28,202 nucleotides of DNA, from assembly GCA_016795125.1 (NCBI GenBank), contig JAEUIG010000343.1:1-28202 (forward strand). The letters run 5' to 3'. A model generated the notes under the pieces. The model did no database searches. It was not told where the DNA came from and saw nothing but the letters and a program-made list of their open reading frames with translations. This document shows positions 1 through 8,355 of this stretch, in pieces (within the stretch, counting starts at the first letter, position 1; every line of letters begins with the position of its first letter). This stretch comes from Planctomycetaceae bacterium (GTDB taxonomy: Bacteria; Planctomycetota; Planctomycetia; Planctomycetales; Planctomycetaceae). The position numbers were made by a program, and so were the translations under genes.

Positions 1-2
1 AC

Positions 3-410
3 CAGATCTCCAATCAGCAGACGCTCGGGAAGTCCGAACAGCAGATCATCCAGACCGTCAAGGAAGTCGTGCCGAACATCATTGCGTACGAACGCCGCGT
101 GCGCCGGGCGCTCGTGAAGGAGAACCGCCAGCGCCTGCACGACCAGGTCGCCCGGGCATTCGGCATCCTGCAGAACGCGCAGACCATCACCTCGGAAGAG
201 ACGATGCACCTGCTGTCGAGCGTGCGGATGGGCATCAACCTGGGTCTCGTGGCCGGAATCGAGATGCCGGTGGTGAACGAACTGTTCATCCACACGCAGC
301 CCGCGCACCTCCAGAAGCTGCGTCACGAAACCCTCGAGTCTTCCGAACGCAACGTGGCCCGCGCCGCCTACCTGCGCCAGCGGCTGTCCAGGAACGAGCC
401 GCAGAACTGA
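3..410 (+). CDS. mcsB: Protein-arginine kinase McsB, C-terminal part (5'-truncated by window edge)
   Basis: The frame is open from nt 3: QISNQQTLGKSEQQII...AYERRVR...RAFGILQNAQTITSEETMHLLSSVRMG...TQPAHLQ...ERNVARAAYLR. This matches the McsB C-terminus (QISNQxTLGxSE, QPxxLQ, RxxxRA). Confidence 0.93.
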   Translation, partial: QISNQQTLGKSEQQIIQTVKEVVPNIIAYERRVRRALVKENRQRLHDQVARAFGILQNAQTITSEETMHLLSSVRMGINLGLVAGIEMPVVNELFIHTQPAHLQKLRHETLESSERNVARAAYLRQRLSRNEPQN

Positions 411-471
411 AATCTGAAGCGGGCGTCGTGGGCGGGATCCTAATGCGAGCCGTTCTCCAGGTTGAGGCCGG

Positions 472-1350
472 ATGATGCCATCTGCCAGAGTCTCCACTGT
501 TGCCAGTCGCTGGACCGGAATTGCCGTATTGATCGCCGCGTGCTGCGCGGCGTCTCCCGCGTCGACTCACGCTGCCGACGACGCGGAGCTGCCCAGGCTG
601 CTCCAGACATTCGTTGAAGAACTGGTGGAGATCACGCCCGGCGCAGGCCAGTTCCCGGCCGAGCTCGCCCGGGCGCCGTTGAACGCGGGGGATGCCCCGA
701 GAATCGCGGTGCTCACGGATGCCTTCGCCATCGCCAGATATGAAATTCCGCAGAACCTGTATGCGGCCGTGATGGGAGCCAATCCCAGCAGGTGGACCGG
801 TCCTCGCAACTCAGCCGAAATGATGTCCTGGGCGGAAGCGTGCGAGTTCTGCCGGAAACTGACTTCGCTGTTGCGCGACGCGCAACTCATCGCAAAGACC
901 GATGAAATCCGGCTGCCGACCGAGATTGAATGGGAATACTGCTGCCGAGCCGGCACAACGACGGCCTACAGCTTTGGGGATGCCGCCCAGGCCCCGGGCG
1001 ACGCAGGGAACAAGGCCAGCCTCCTCGATCCCTACGGCTGGCACACCGGCAATGCGGCCGGCAACGACCCACCCGTCGGAGCCTTGCGGCCCAATCCCTG
1101 GGGGTTGTACGACGTCCACGGCTACTTGTGGGAGTTCTGCAGCGACGCGTGGTCGGAATCGATCGCTGCAGAACCGTCACAGCAGGGCGAATCAACTCCG
1201 CCGGAACAGGTCGTCATCCGTGGCGGGTCGTGGAAGGACGCACACGACCAGTTGACGAGCGCATCGCGCCGCGGGTTTGCCGCCAACGGGCGGGACGACG
1301 CGGTCGGCCTCCGCTGCATTCGTGCCAGAATGCCTGGGGATTCGAACTGA
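472..1350 (+). CDS. Secreted FGE-sulfatase (SUMF1-like) domain protein, probably non-catalytic
   Basis: Signal peptide, then RLPTEIEWEYCCRAG, PNPWGLYDVHGYLWEF, VIRGGSW and VGLRC. The catalytic CxxxxC after RGGSW of true FGE is absent. Confidence 0.88.
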   Translation: MMPSARVSTVASRWTGIAVLIAACCAASPASTHAADDAELPRLLQTFVEELVEITPGAGQFPAELARAPLNAGDAPRIAVLTDAFAIARYEIPQNLYAAVMGANPSRWTGPRNSAEMMSWAEACEFCRKLTSLLRDAQLIAKTDEIRLPTEIEWEYCCRAGTTTAYSFGDAAQAPGDAGNKASLLDPYGWHTGNAAGNDPPVGALRPNPWGLYDVHGYLWEFCSDAWSESIAAEPSQQGESTPPEQVVIRGGSWKDAHDQLTSASRRGFAANGRDDAVGLRCIRARMPGDSN

Positions 1351-1590
1351 CCCCCACGTCGGCCTGACACCGCCGCACGCCGCGCCGCGGAGTCGGCTTC
1401 TGGCTCGCACATCGTTCGTGACCTGCCTGGCCTCCAGGCTGTCATTCGACACCGCGCCGTGTCCCTGTTCAGATCGCGTGAAGCATGCCTGCACGTCGCC
1501 CGCTGCGGCACGCAACCAGAAGTCCGAACACGAGTTCTGCTGCCTGACCGCGGATGCAGCGGCGCGGCGCAAGTCCAATCGGCAGGAAAG

Positions 1591-1610
1591 ATATTCACAG
1601 CTTCTGCACA
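1591..1610 (+). promoter_or_regulatory. Two tandem DnaA-box-like 9-mers
   Basis: ATATTCACA (1591-1599) and TTCTGCACA (1602-1610), each 1 mismatch from TTWTNCACA, in direct orientation 2 bp apart, about 90 bp upstream of the dnaA -35. Confidence 0.55.
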
Positions 1611-1701
1611 TCGTTCCAGGCGAGCTCCGTGCGGTCGCGCCTGCTTTGCCGGGGATTTTGGAGCGCTCCCGCGCGTGTCAGAATTTCGTTCCGCTTTTCG
1701 T

Positions 1702-1729
1702 TTGACGTGCCGGTCAAGACTTGTAGTAT
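1702..1729 (+). promoter_or_regulatory. Sigma70-like promoter of dnaA
   Basis: TTGACG (1702-1707), 16-bp spacer, TAGTAT (1724-1729). Confidence 0.7.
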
Positions 1730-1922
1730 CGGCCGCACTGAGTGAGTCGCCATCCGGGAATCGGCACAGTCCCCTGTCGCCGTGTTTCCGAACTTCCATT
1801 TGAACGACGCGGTCCCCTCTCGACTATTCCGCTGGGAGTAGCAACGGAGTGCTTTCGCAGCCGCAGTGCGGCGATTGCGATTCGGCACAAGGGAGGTTCT
1901 GCGCGCGAACAAGGGTTGCACG

Positions 1923-3308
1923 ATGCTACCCGACAGGGAACTTGATCATGCGGGCCTGGCGCGACAAGCTGCCGAACTTCTCGAAGCCGCCATCGGCGAG
2001 CGGCGCTATCGACACTGGTTTCTCGGCAAGGCACGGCTGTCGATTCGCCACGACGAGCTGACCGTCACGCTCGGCAACCCGTACCTGCTGAACTGGGTTC
2101 AGAAACAGTTCGCAGAATCGCTGAGCGACGTCTCCAGGAAAGTCCTCGGCTCTGGTGCGCGCGTCCGTCTCGACGTCGCCGCCGACCAGGCCGATGCGCC
2201 CCGCAGCGCGACCGCGCTGCGCCCTGCCGCAGCCTCGCGCTCCACTGCGCCGGCGCCAGCCCCGAAATCGCGGCACTACTCCGATCTGCGTCAGTTCATC
2301 GTCGGCGCAGGCAACGAACTGGCTTGTGCCGCCGCGCAGCAGGTCGCCGCCGCCCCAGGCGAAAAATACAACCCCCTCTACATCTACGGCGGCGTCGGCA
2401 GCGGCAAGACGCACCTCCTCGAAGGCATCTACCGCCGCATCCGCAAGGAGTTCCCGTCCCTCCGTCTGCTCCTGCTGACCGCCGAGAACTTCAGTAACTA
2501 CTTCTCACAGGCGCTGACGGAGAAGTCACTCCCCGCGTTCCGGCAGCGGTTCCGCGGCGTCGACGTCCTGCTGATCGACGACGCCGATTTCTTCGACGGC
2601 AAGAAGTCGTTCCAGGAGGAGTTCGTCAACACCCTCAAGAAGCTCGAACGTGAGGGGAAGCAGATCATCGTGGCGTCCGACCGGCATCCCCGGCTCCTTA
2701 CCAGGAGCAGCGACGAGCTGGTCTCCCGGCTGATTTCCGGACTCGTGTGCCGCATTGAAGCGCCCGATCTCCCCTGCCGGCGCGCGATCGCCGCCCAGCG
2801 CGGCCAGACGCTGCGGCTCAACGCCGACGAGGCCGTCCTCGATTTCGTCGCCGAGCGTTTCACGAACAATGCCCGCGAAATCATCGGCGCCGTCAACTGC
2901 CTGCATACCTACCAGACGATGACGGCGAAACGCGTCGCACTCTCGGCCGCACGCACGCTGCTGGCCAACCTGGAACGCGACTGCCTGCGAATCGTGCGCA
3001 TCGCCGACGTGGAATCCGCCGTCTGCCGGTTGTTCAAGGTGACGCCGGACGAACTGAAGTCCTCCTGCCGCGCCCGCGCGCTGGCGCATCCGCGCATGCT
3101 CGCCATGTATCTCTCGCGACGGATGACGCAATCCCCCTACAGCGAGATCGGCCGCTACTTCGGTGGTCGCGACCACGCGACCGTGATGTCGGCGGAACGA
3201 AAGATCGCCGGCCTGATCGAGTCGTCGGGCGAACTCCGCGTCGCGGCCGAGTCCTGGAGCGTGCAGGACGTCGTCCGCTCGCTGGAGCAACAGATCCTCG
3301 CCGGCTGA
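1923..3308 (+). CDS. dnaA: Chromosomal replication initiator DnaA (divergent copy)
   Basis: Domain I (YRHWF...NPYLLNWV), Walker A GGVGSGKTHLL, Walker B LLIDD, QEEF, sensor I ASDR, sensor II NAREI, domain IV HPRMLAMYL...EIGRYFGGRDHATV. Start moved from GTG 1866 to ATG 1923 (AAGGG 7 nt upstream). Confidence 0.96.
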   Translation: MLPDRELDHAGLARQAAELLEAAIGERRYRHWFLGKARLSIRHDELTVTLGNPYLLNWVQKQFAESLSDVSRKVLGSGARVRLDVAADQADAPRSATALRPAAASRSTAPAPAPKSRHYSDLRQFIVGAGNELACAAAQQVAAAPGEKYNPLYIYGGVGSGKTHLLEGIYRRIRKEFPSLRLLLLTAENFSNYFSQALTEKSLPAFRQRFRGVDVLLIDDADFFDGKKSFQEEFVNTLKKLEREGKQIIVASDRHPRLLTRSSDELVSRLISGLVCRIEAPDLPCRRAIAAQRGQTLRLNADEAVLDFVAERFTNNAREIIGAVNCLHTYQTMTAKRVALSAARTLLANLERDCLRIVRIADVESAVCRLFKVTPDELKSSCRARALAHPRMLAMYLSRRMTQSPYSEIGRYFGGRDHATVMSAERKIAGLIESSGELRVAAESWSVQDVVRSLEQQILAG

Positions 3309-3345
3309 GGCGTCGCGGTCGCGATGCGAGCGGGCTCCACTAACG

Positions 3346-3401
3346 AGCCGCGACCGTCAGCGAGCGAATGACGCGCTGTGCGCTCCCTGACGGTCGCGGC
3401 T
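3346..3401. repeat. REP-like inverted repeat, 21-bp arms
   Basis: AGCCGCGACCGTCAGCGAGCG (3346-3366), 14-nt spacer, CGCTCCCTGACGGTCGCGGCT (3381-3401); 20/21 complementary; lies between convergent genes. Confidence 0.85.
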
Positions 3402-3415
3402 GGTAAACGGCCCAA

Positions 3416-5491
3416 CTACGGAGCCGGCGAAATCGTCGGCCCCGGATACGCCGCGTCCCACGGCTGGGTCGGCGCCCGGTAGTAGCTCGGCGCCGTCGCC
3501 GGTGCGTTCCCCGCACGATAGGGCGGCGGAGCGGAAGCGCTCAACCGAGTTCCGGCATTCGTCGCGGCGGTCTCGCGCCCTCCCGGCCACGGAGTCCCAT
3601 TGGGGGTCAGCGGCGCACCCTGTCCCGTCGGCGACTGGTACGACGGCGGTGGATACGTCGGGACCTGGTAGGTCGGGACCGTCATCAGCGACGACGGTGA
3701 CGGTGTCTGGCCGGCCGGCGAGCGGGCGTACGTCTGATTCACCTGCTGCTGCAACTGCTGATCGTAGTGCCGACGCTCGGCCTCATAACCGGACAATGGG
3801 TTCTCGGGGGGAGCAGGCGCCGGCGCGATCTCGAATCCGGGATGGGGCGGCGCCGACGGAATGGCGGGCATGGCTCCTTGCGGAGCGGCCGCCATCGGAA
3901 GCGTGGGAGCACCCGTGTGCAGCGGAGTACCCTGCAACGGATAGTCGTACAGTGTCGGCCGGTTCGACGGCAGATCGCGCTGCGCCGGCGGATACAGTCC
4001 ACCGTTCCAACCCGAGGCGCTGCCGGGGGACGAGCGCTGAGCGATTGGAGACTGCTGCGCCAAATTCGCCTGCATGCCGGACGTTGTTCCCGCCGGATAC
4101 TGTTCACCCGTCGGCGGCAGCGGCGGCATGGCGACCGATTGTCCATTCAGGTTCGACCACGTCACGATGCGCGAGGAGCCGGGTCCTGTGGAATACTGGG
4201 CCTCCGGGTCGATCGATGCCGACGGCTGACCCTGACCGGGCGGATTCGCTGACGGTGGAAATCCGTTGGGAACGGCGATCGGATTGGTCGGCGGTGAATT
4301 CGCTGTGACGCCGGCTGCGGAGCCTGCGGTGGGAGCGGGCTGCCGCTGCATCAGGTAGACGACGCCAGACTTCGACGAACCCGGTGGACCCGCGGTCGCT
4401 GCCGGCGGCGCTGTGGCGCCTGCGGTCGCTGTGACGGGCGGCCAGACCGCGGGTGGCCAGGTCCGCTCGGCATGGGCCGTCACCACCGGCGACTGATTCA
4501 GTTGAGCCGCAGCAGCTGAGGCCGGTGCAACCCCGGACGGCCCGGTCGCGGCGTTCTGGAACTGCTGATACGGTGATCCGTCGGCCGCCGTGGAGGCATC
4601 CGGGGCAAAGCCGCCCATCGCGTACCCCTCCGGCGGCTGCTGCACGCCGGGAGGAGGCGCCTGCACGGCCATCGGGTAGGCAGACGCAGCGAACATCTCC
4701 TGCTGCGGCGCCTGCACGGGCGACATCGCCGTCTGTGGCGCCTCCGCGCCGAACGCATTGATCGGCACGCCGGGGAACATCTGAGACAACGCGCGCGCCG
4801 CTTCGGCCGGCGGCAGTGCATCCGCCAGCGTGCGCTGGGCCGCGACCAGGTCGCCGCGGCGACCATACAGCCGCGCCAGGTTACTCGCCGCGTTTTCGTG
4901 CAGCGGATCGAGTGCATGCGCCTGCACGAGGTACTGCTCCGCCAAAGGGAGCCGGCCCTGCAGCATGTACGAATAACCAAGATCGCCGATGATCGCCGCA
5001 TTGTTGCGATCGGACTGCATCGCGATCTGATAATGATGCTCGGCGTCGCCCCATCGCCCCTCCAGGTCCGCAATCACGGCCAGCAGGTGATGCGCGCGGG
5101 GGTGGGCTGGCTGCTGTTGAACAATCGCCTCGAGGTGCGGTCGCGCCTCGGGAAGCCGCTGCTCCAGTCGGGCTTTTTCGGCGCGGGCCAGGTGCTCGGA
5201 GACCGGCAGGTCCATGTTCGCCGGTCGTGCCGGCACAATGCTCGGCGGGCCGGCCGCGTCGCCCGCGTCTTGCGCAATGTTCCAGCGCCCGCCGGCGTCC
5301 GCACCCTGCGGGTCGAGCAGCTTCTGATTGGAAAGCTGTCGTGCCTGCGTCGGGTCGGAATCGGAACTCGTCGCCAGCGCTCGTTCATCCGCATCGTCCG
5401 CCGCGCGGGAGAACCACTGCGTGCCGGCACAGCCGCTGGCCACCGCGGCGAGCAGGACTGCAAGCACACCTGAGGATCGCATTGCGGCCAT
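3416..5491 (-). CDS. TPR lipoprotein (TadD/CpaO-like TPR block) with long Pro/Ala/Gln/Ser-rich tail
   Basis: Lipobox LLAAVASG-C; TPRs such as AHHLLAVIADLEGRWGDAEHHYQIA, IGDLGYSYMLQGRLPLAEQYL and NLARLYGRRGD; about 450 aa of low-complexity C-terminus. ATG 5527 falls inside a repeat, so 5491 (or 5482) is the preferred start. Confidence 0.82.
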   Translation of the reverse strand: MAAMRSSGVLAVLLAAVASGCAGTQWFSRAADDADERALATSSDSDPTQARQLSNQKLLDPQGADAGGRWNIAQDAGDAAGPPSIVPARPANMDLPVSEHLARAEKARLEQRLPEARPHLEAIVQQQPAHPRAHHLLAVIADLEGRWGDAEHHYQIAMQSDRNNAAIIGDLGYSYMLQGRLPLAEQYLVQAHALDPLHENAASNLARLYGRRGDLVAAQRTLADALPPAEAARALSQMFPGVPINAFGAEAPQTAMSPVQAPQQEMFAASAYPMAVQAPPPGVQQPPEGYAMGGFAPDASTAADGSPYQQFQNAATGPSGVAPASAAAAQLNQSPVVTAHAERTWPPAVWPPVTATAGATAPPAATAGPPGSSKSGVVYLMQRQPAPTAGSAAGVTANSPPTNPIAVPNGFPPSANPPGQGQPSASIDPEAQYSTGPGSSRIVTWSNLNGQSVAMPPLPPTGEQYPAGTTSGMQANLAQQSPIAQRSSPGSASGWNGGLYPPAQRDLPSNRPTLYDYPLQGTPLHTGAPTLPMAAAPQGAMPAIPSAPPHPGFEIAPAPAPPENPLSGYEAERRHYDQQLQQQVNQTYARSPAGQTPSPSSLMTVPTYQVPTYPPPSYQSPTGQGAPLTPNGTPWPGGRETAATNAGTRLSASAPPPYRAGNAPATAPSYYRAPTQPWDAAYPGPTISPAP

Positions 5492-5510
5492 GTCTTTCCT
5501 GCGCGACCGT

Positions 5511-5653
5511 TGGAGTGCAGGCTTCAACCTGCCAATGGTGGAGTTCAGGCTTCAGCCTGCATTCCTGATTACGAATCCGGCCCGAATGCAGAACACCGAG
5601 AGAACGGATGCCGAAGACAGCGAGAGTTCGCAGCAGCCTGAAGGCTGGACTCC
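5511..5653. repeat. REP-like element: two direct copies plus one inverted copy
   Basis: TGGAGTGCAGGCTTCAACCTGC (5511-5532) and TGGAGTTCAGGCTTCAGCCTGC (5539-5560) are 20/22 identical; inverted copy CAGCCTGAAGGCTGGACTCC at 5634-5653. Confidence 0.8.
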
Positions 5654-5672
5654 CGCCGCTGTGGGGGCGGGG

Positions 5673-5701
5673 AGTATACGGACACCCCTGCGGAGTGTCG
5701 A
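5673..5701 (-). promoter_or_regulatory. Sigma70-like promoter for the TPR lipoprotein gene
   Basis: Minus strand: TCGACA (5701-5696), 17-bp spacer, TATACT (5678-5673). Confidence 0.65.
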
Positions 5702-5806
5702 GACGCCCCCTCGTTGACACCCGCCGGGACGCGCAGTTTCTGCGCCTGCATCTCGTCGATGCGGCAGTCTGCGGGAGCATGGCAGGTTCGTCTCGCCCGC
5801 GACCGC

Positions 5807-6544
5807 TCAGCGTGTGCGCCCGTCGGCCGGCGAGTGCTCGTCCGCCTGCGGATCACCCGGCAGGTGCAGCTGATCGAGGTGAAAATGCAGCTCGGGGAGT
5901 GCGGTCAGCAGTGCACGCATCCCCGATTCCGTGCAGCGGCCGCCGTCGAGGTACAAAGACTCGAGCTGCTGCATGCCGTGGAGCTGCGCCAGTCCGGCAT
6001 CGGTGATCGGCACGTCGATCAGGTGCAGGAACCGCAGCGACGGCATCCGCGCGATGTACGGCATCCCGTCGTCGGTGACATTGGGAGAATGGAACCGCAG
6101 CAGTTCCAGCTTTGGCAGATCGGCCAGTTGCTCCAGACCGCGATCGGTAAAGGTTGCCTGCGGCAGGTTGATGACGGTCAACTGTTCAGCGCGGACCAGT
6201 CGCTCGATCCCGGCATCGTCGATCAGCATGCCGAGCTTCAGCCGGTCGAGATTCGGGAGTGCGCCGATCACCTCGAGCGCTGCACTGCCCGCATCGACGT
6301 GATCGAGATCGAGGACCTCGAGTGCATCGCAACCGGCGCCCAGTTGAGCCAGATCAGCAGCGTCCACAGTTTCGTCCGCGACGATGATCCGTTTCGAGGT
6401 TCCGGCGCGGACGGCCGCGACCTGCTGCTCCCAGGTTGGCGCGGTCGCAGGCGCCACATCCGTGGTCTCGGGCGCCGGAGGACCGGAAGCTCCGCAACCG
6501 ACAAGCAGGCAACAGCTGAGCAATGGCCGAATCGTGCGGTGCAT
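5807..6544 (-). CDS. Leucine-rich-repeat lipoprotein
   Basis: [17 protein letters not shown] lipobox, then LRRs of the LxxLxL...ITDxGLxxL type ([32 protein letters not shown]). Alternative start at 6631. Confidence 0.85.
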   Translation of the reverse strand: MHRTIRPLLSCCLLVGCGASGPPAPETTDVAPATAPTWEQQVAAVRAGTSKRIIVADETVDAADLAQLGAGCDALEVLDLDHVDAGSAALEVIGALPNLDRLKLGMLIDDAGIERLVRAEQLTVINLPQATFTDRGLEQLADLPKLELLRFHSPNVTDDGMPYIARMPSLRFLHLIDVPITDAGLAQLHGMQQLESLYLDGGRCTESGMRALLTALPELHFHLDQLHLPGDPQADEHSPADGRTR

Positions 6545-6627
6545 GATGGGTCGACGGCGATCGCAGGGTGGGGCTTGCCGCACCGCATGGGCGCGCGGTG
6601 GTGCGTCAAGTCGCACAGTGCACCATT

Positions 6628-7047
6628 TCATTCACAGGTAGCGGCGAAAATCTCATCCAGCGCCGCCGTCACGGGCAACGGAGTCTGAGTGCCGTTCAGA
6701 ACTCCCAATTCGAATTCCAGCCTCCCTGCCAGCTCGTCGGCCGATACGCAGACCGCCCGCGGCCACACCGAACGCGTCCGCCCATCGGAAATACACCACA
6801 CGCCTTGGCAAACGATCAGCCGCGACGCGCTGCAGGCGGCCACCAGCGCGTGTGCCAGATCTGCCGGGAATTCGTCGGACCACGACTGCAGGACGATACA
6901 CAGATCGGCGTCTCCCGCGACCTCAGGCCATTTCGTCTGAGGTCCCGACTCCCGGCAAATCTCGGCGCCCGTGGGAAGTCGCGTCAGCGCAGTGGCCAGC
7001 AGGTCCGCATCCACCCCGGACAGGCGGCCGAAAACAATGATTCGCAT
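6628..7047 (-). CDS. Hypothetical protein (139 aa)
   Basis: Fills the gap between co-oriented genes; protein-like alpha/beta pattern ([32 protein letters not shown]). No family recognised. Confidence 0.6.
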   Translation of the reverse strand: MRIIVFGRLSGVDADLLATALTRLPTGAEICRESGPQTKWPEVAGDADLCIVLQSWSDEFPADLAHALVAACSASRLIVCQGVWCISDGRTRSVWPRAVCVSADELAGRLEFELGVLNGTQTPLPVTAALDEIFAATCE

Positions 7048-7060
7048 CTGTTCCCGGCAC

Positions 7061-7810
7061 TCACGAACTTTCACGGAGGTGCTTCCAGTAGGTCTCAGGA
7101 TTGCGAAGGATGCCGCTCGTGATCTGGTAATGCTGCGTCTCGGTGAACGAAATCGACGGCAGAGCGGCATCGTCAAACGAAACGATATGGGCGTCCGGGT
7201 AGGTGAGCAGAATCGGTGAATGCGTCGCCACGAGGAACTGTGTTTTCCCCTCACGTGTGAGGTCGTACATCAGCGCCAGCAGCGTGAGTTGACGCTGCGG
7301 CGACAACGCCGTCTCCGGCTCGTCGAGTATGAACAGCCCGCCGCCAAAGCGGTTGTTCATCACCGACAGGAACGCTTCTCCGTGCGACATTCCATGCAGT
7401 GAACGCCCGCCGTATCGCTTGTAAGGATCGCCGCCGAATTCGGGATCCAGCTTTCGCGCGTCCAGCAGCGACGCAAAGTGCGCCTGAAGCTCCGCACGAA
7501 AAAAGTACCCATCCTTGGGACGTTGTTTGAAGCCGACTCTGAGGGCATCCGCCAGCTGGCTTTCTTCGGTCAATCCATGCGGCGCACCGACTTCATTGGT
7601 TCCGCCGCCGGAGATCGGCAGTCCCGCCAGGACCGCGATTGCCTCCAGCAGCGTCGATTTGCCCGAACCGTTCTCGCCGACAAAAAACGTGACGGGATGC
7701 CGCAATTCGAGGTTGAGGCTGCGCGTGAACTGCAGGTTCCCCGGAAACGAGTCCAGGTCGAGCGCGGAGCGCGGGTTGCGTGCGACGTGAGTGATGAACG
7801 GTGCCGCCAT
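7061..7810 (-). CDS. Stand-alone ABC/SMC-like AAA ATPase (COG3910-type)
   Basis: Walker A GENGSGKST, signature-like SHGEAF, Walker B ILDEPE, H-loop VATHSP; no transmembrane segment. Confidence 0.88.
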   Translation of the reverse strand: MAAPFITHVARNPRSALDLDSFPGNLQFTRSLNLELRHPVTFFVGENGSGKSTLLEAIAVLAGLPISGGGTNEVGAPHGLTEESQLADALRVGFKQRPKDGYFFRAELQAHFASLLDARKLDPEFGGDPYKRYGGRSLHGMSHGEAFLSVMNNRFGGGLFILDEPETALSPQRQLTLLALMYDLTREGKTQFLVATHSPILLTYPDAHIVSFDDAALPSISFTETQHYQITSGILRNPETYWKHLRESS

Positions 7811-7837
7811 CTCGCACCTCGACACGCACCGAGTGGC

Positions 7838-8353
7838 TCAGGCGCTCCTGATATCGGCGAACCGCACGGCCAGCAGCCGCAGCACGTCCCGGATCGACAC
7901 AATGCTCACCGCCTGGCCATTTGCATCAACCACCGGCAAGTGCCGCAGTCCGTGCATGGTCATCGAATGCAGGGCATAGGCGATCGAGTCGCCGGTCCGC
8001 AGCGTTTCGGGAGACGGCGTCATGAACTCGGAGATGGGCCGGTCCAACGCGCCCGGCTGCGGGCTGACGCGGTTAAGCACGTCACGTTCGGTGAAGATGC
8101 CGGCGAGCGCGGACCCGTCGACGATCAGCACGCAGCCGATCTTGTTGCGGATCATGGCGTCCACGGCCGAGCGGACGGTGGCAGTCGGCGCGACGCTGAC
8201 CGGCGCCTTGATCGCCAGCACGCTCACCGGGTGCACCATGATCGAACGCTCCATCTCGCTGGCGGAGAGTTCGACCTGCGGCAGCGGCTTGCCGCATTTC
8301 TGGCAAATGTCGGCGCCCGGGATGTTGTCGTATCTGCAATCGGGACAATGCAT
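7838..8353 (-). CDS. Zinc-ribbon plus CBS-pair protein
   Basis: N-terminal CPDC-x12-CQKC; CBS pair (IGCVLIV...GIFTERD; MTPSPETL...LRHLPVVD...IVSIRD). Confidence 0.9.
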   Translation of the reverse strand: MHCPDCRYDNIPGADICQKCGKPLPQVELSASEMERSIMVHPVSVLAIKAPVSVAPTATVRSAVDAMIRNKIGCVLIVDGSALAGIFTERDVLNRVSPQPGALDRPISEFMTPSPETLRTGDSIAYALHSMTMHGLRHLPVVDANGQAVSIVSIRDVLRLLAVRFADIRSA

Positions 8354-8355
8354 GC

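Noticed and set aside
407-417. CTGAAATCTGA, a possible heptamer repeat after mcsB
   Set aside because: Only two units; not distinguishable from chance.
1336-1347. GGGGATTCGAAC, the reverse complement of a tRNA T-loop-like sequence
   Set aside because: The flanks do not form a T-stem, there is no cloverleaf, and it lies in the last codons of the FGE gene.
1351-1922. oriC upstream of dnaA
   Set aside because: Only two imperfect boxes, no AT-rich unwinding element, and no dnaN nearby; better explained as a promoter region.
5511-5560. Direct repeats as a mini-CRISPR
   Set aside because: 22-bp units with a 6-bp spacer, two copies plus one inverted copy, and no cas genes; fits a REP-like element instead.
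5714-6688. 324-aa plus-strand ORF
   Set aside because: Antisense shadow of the LRR lipoprotein, with no motifs.
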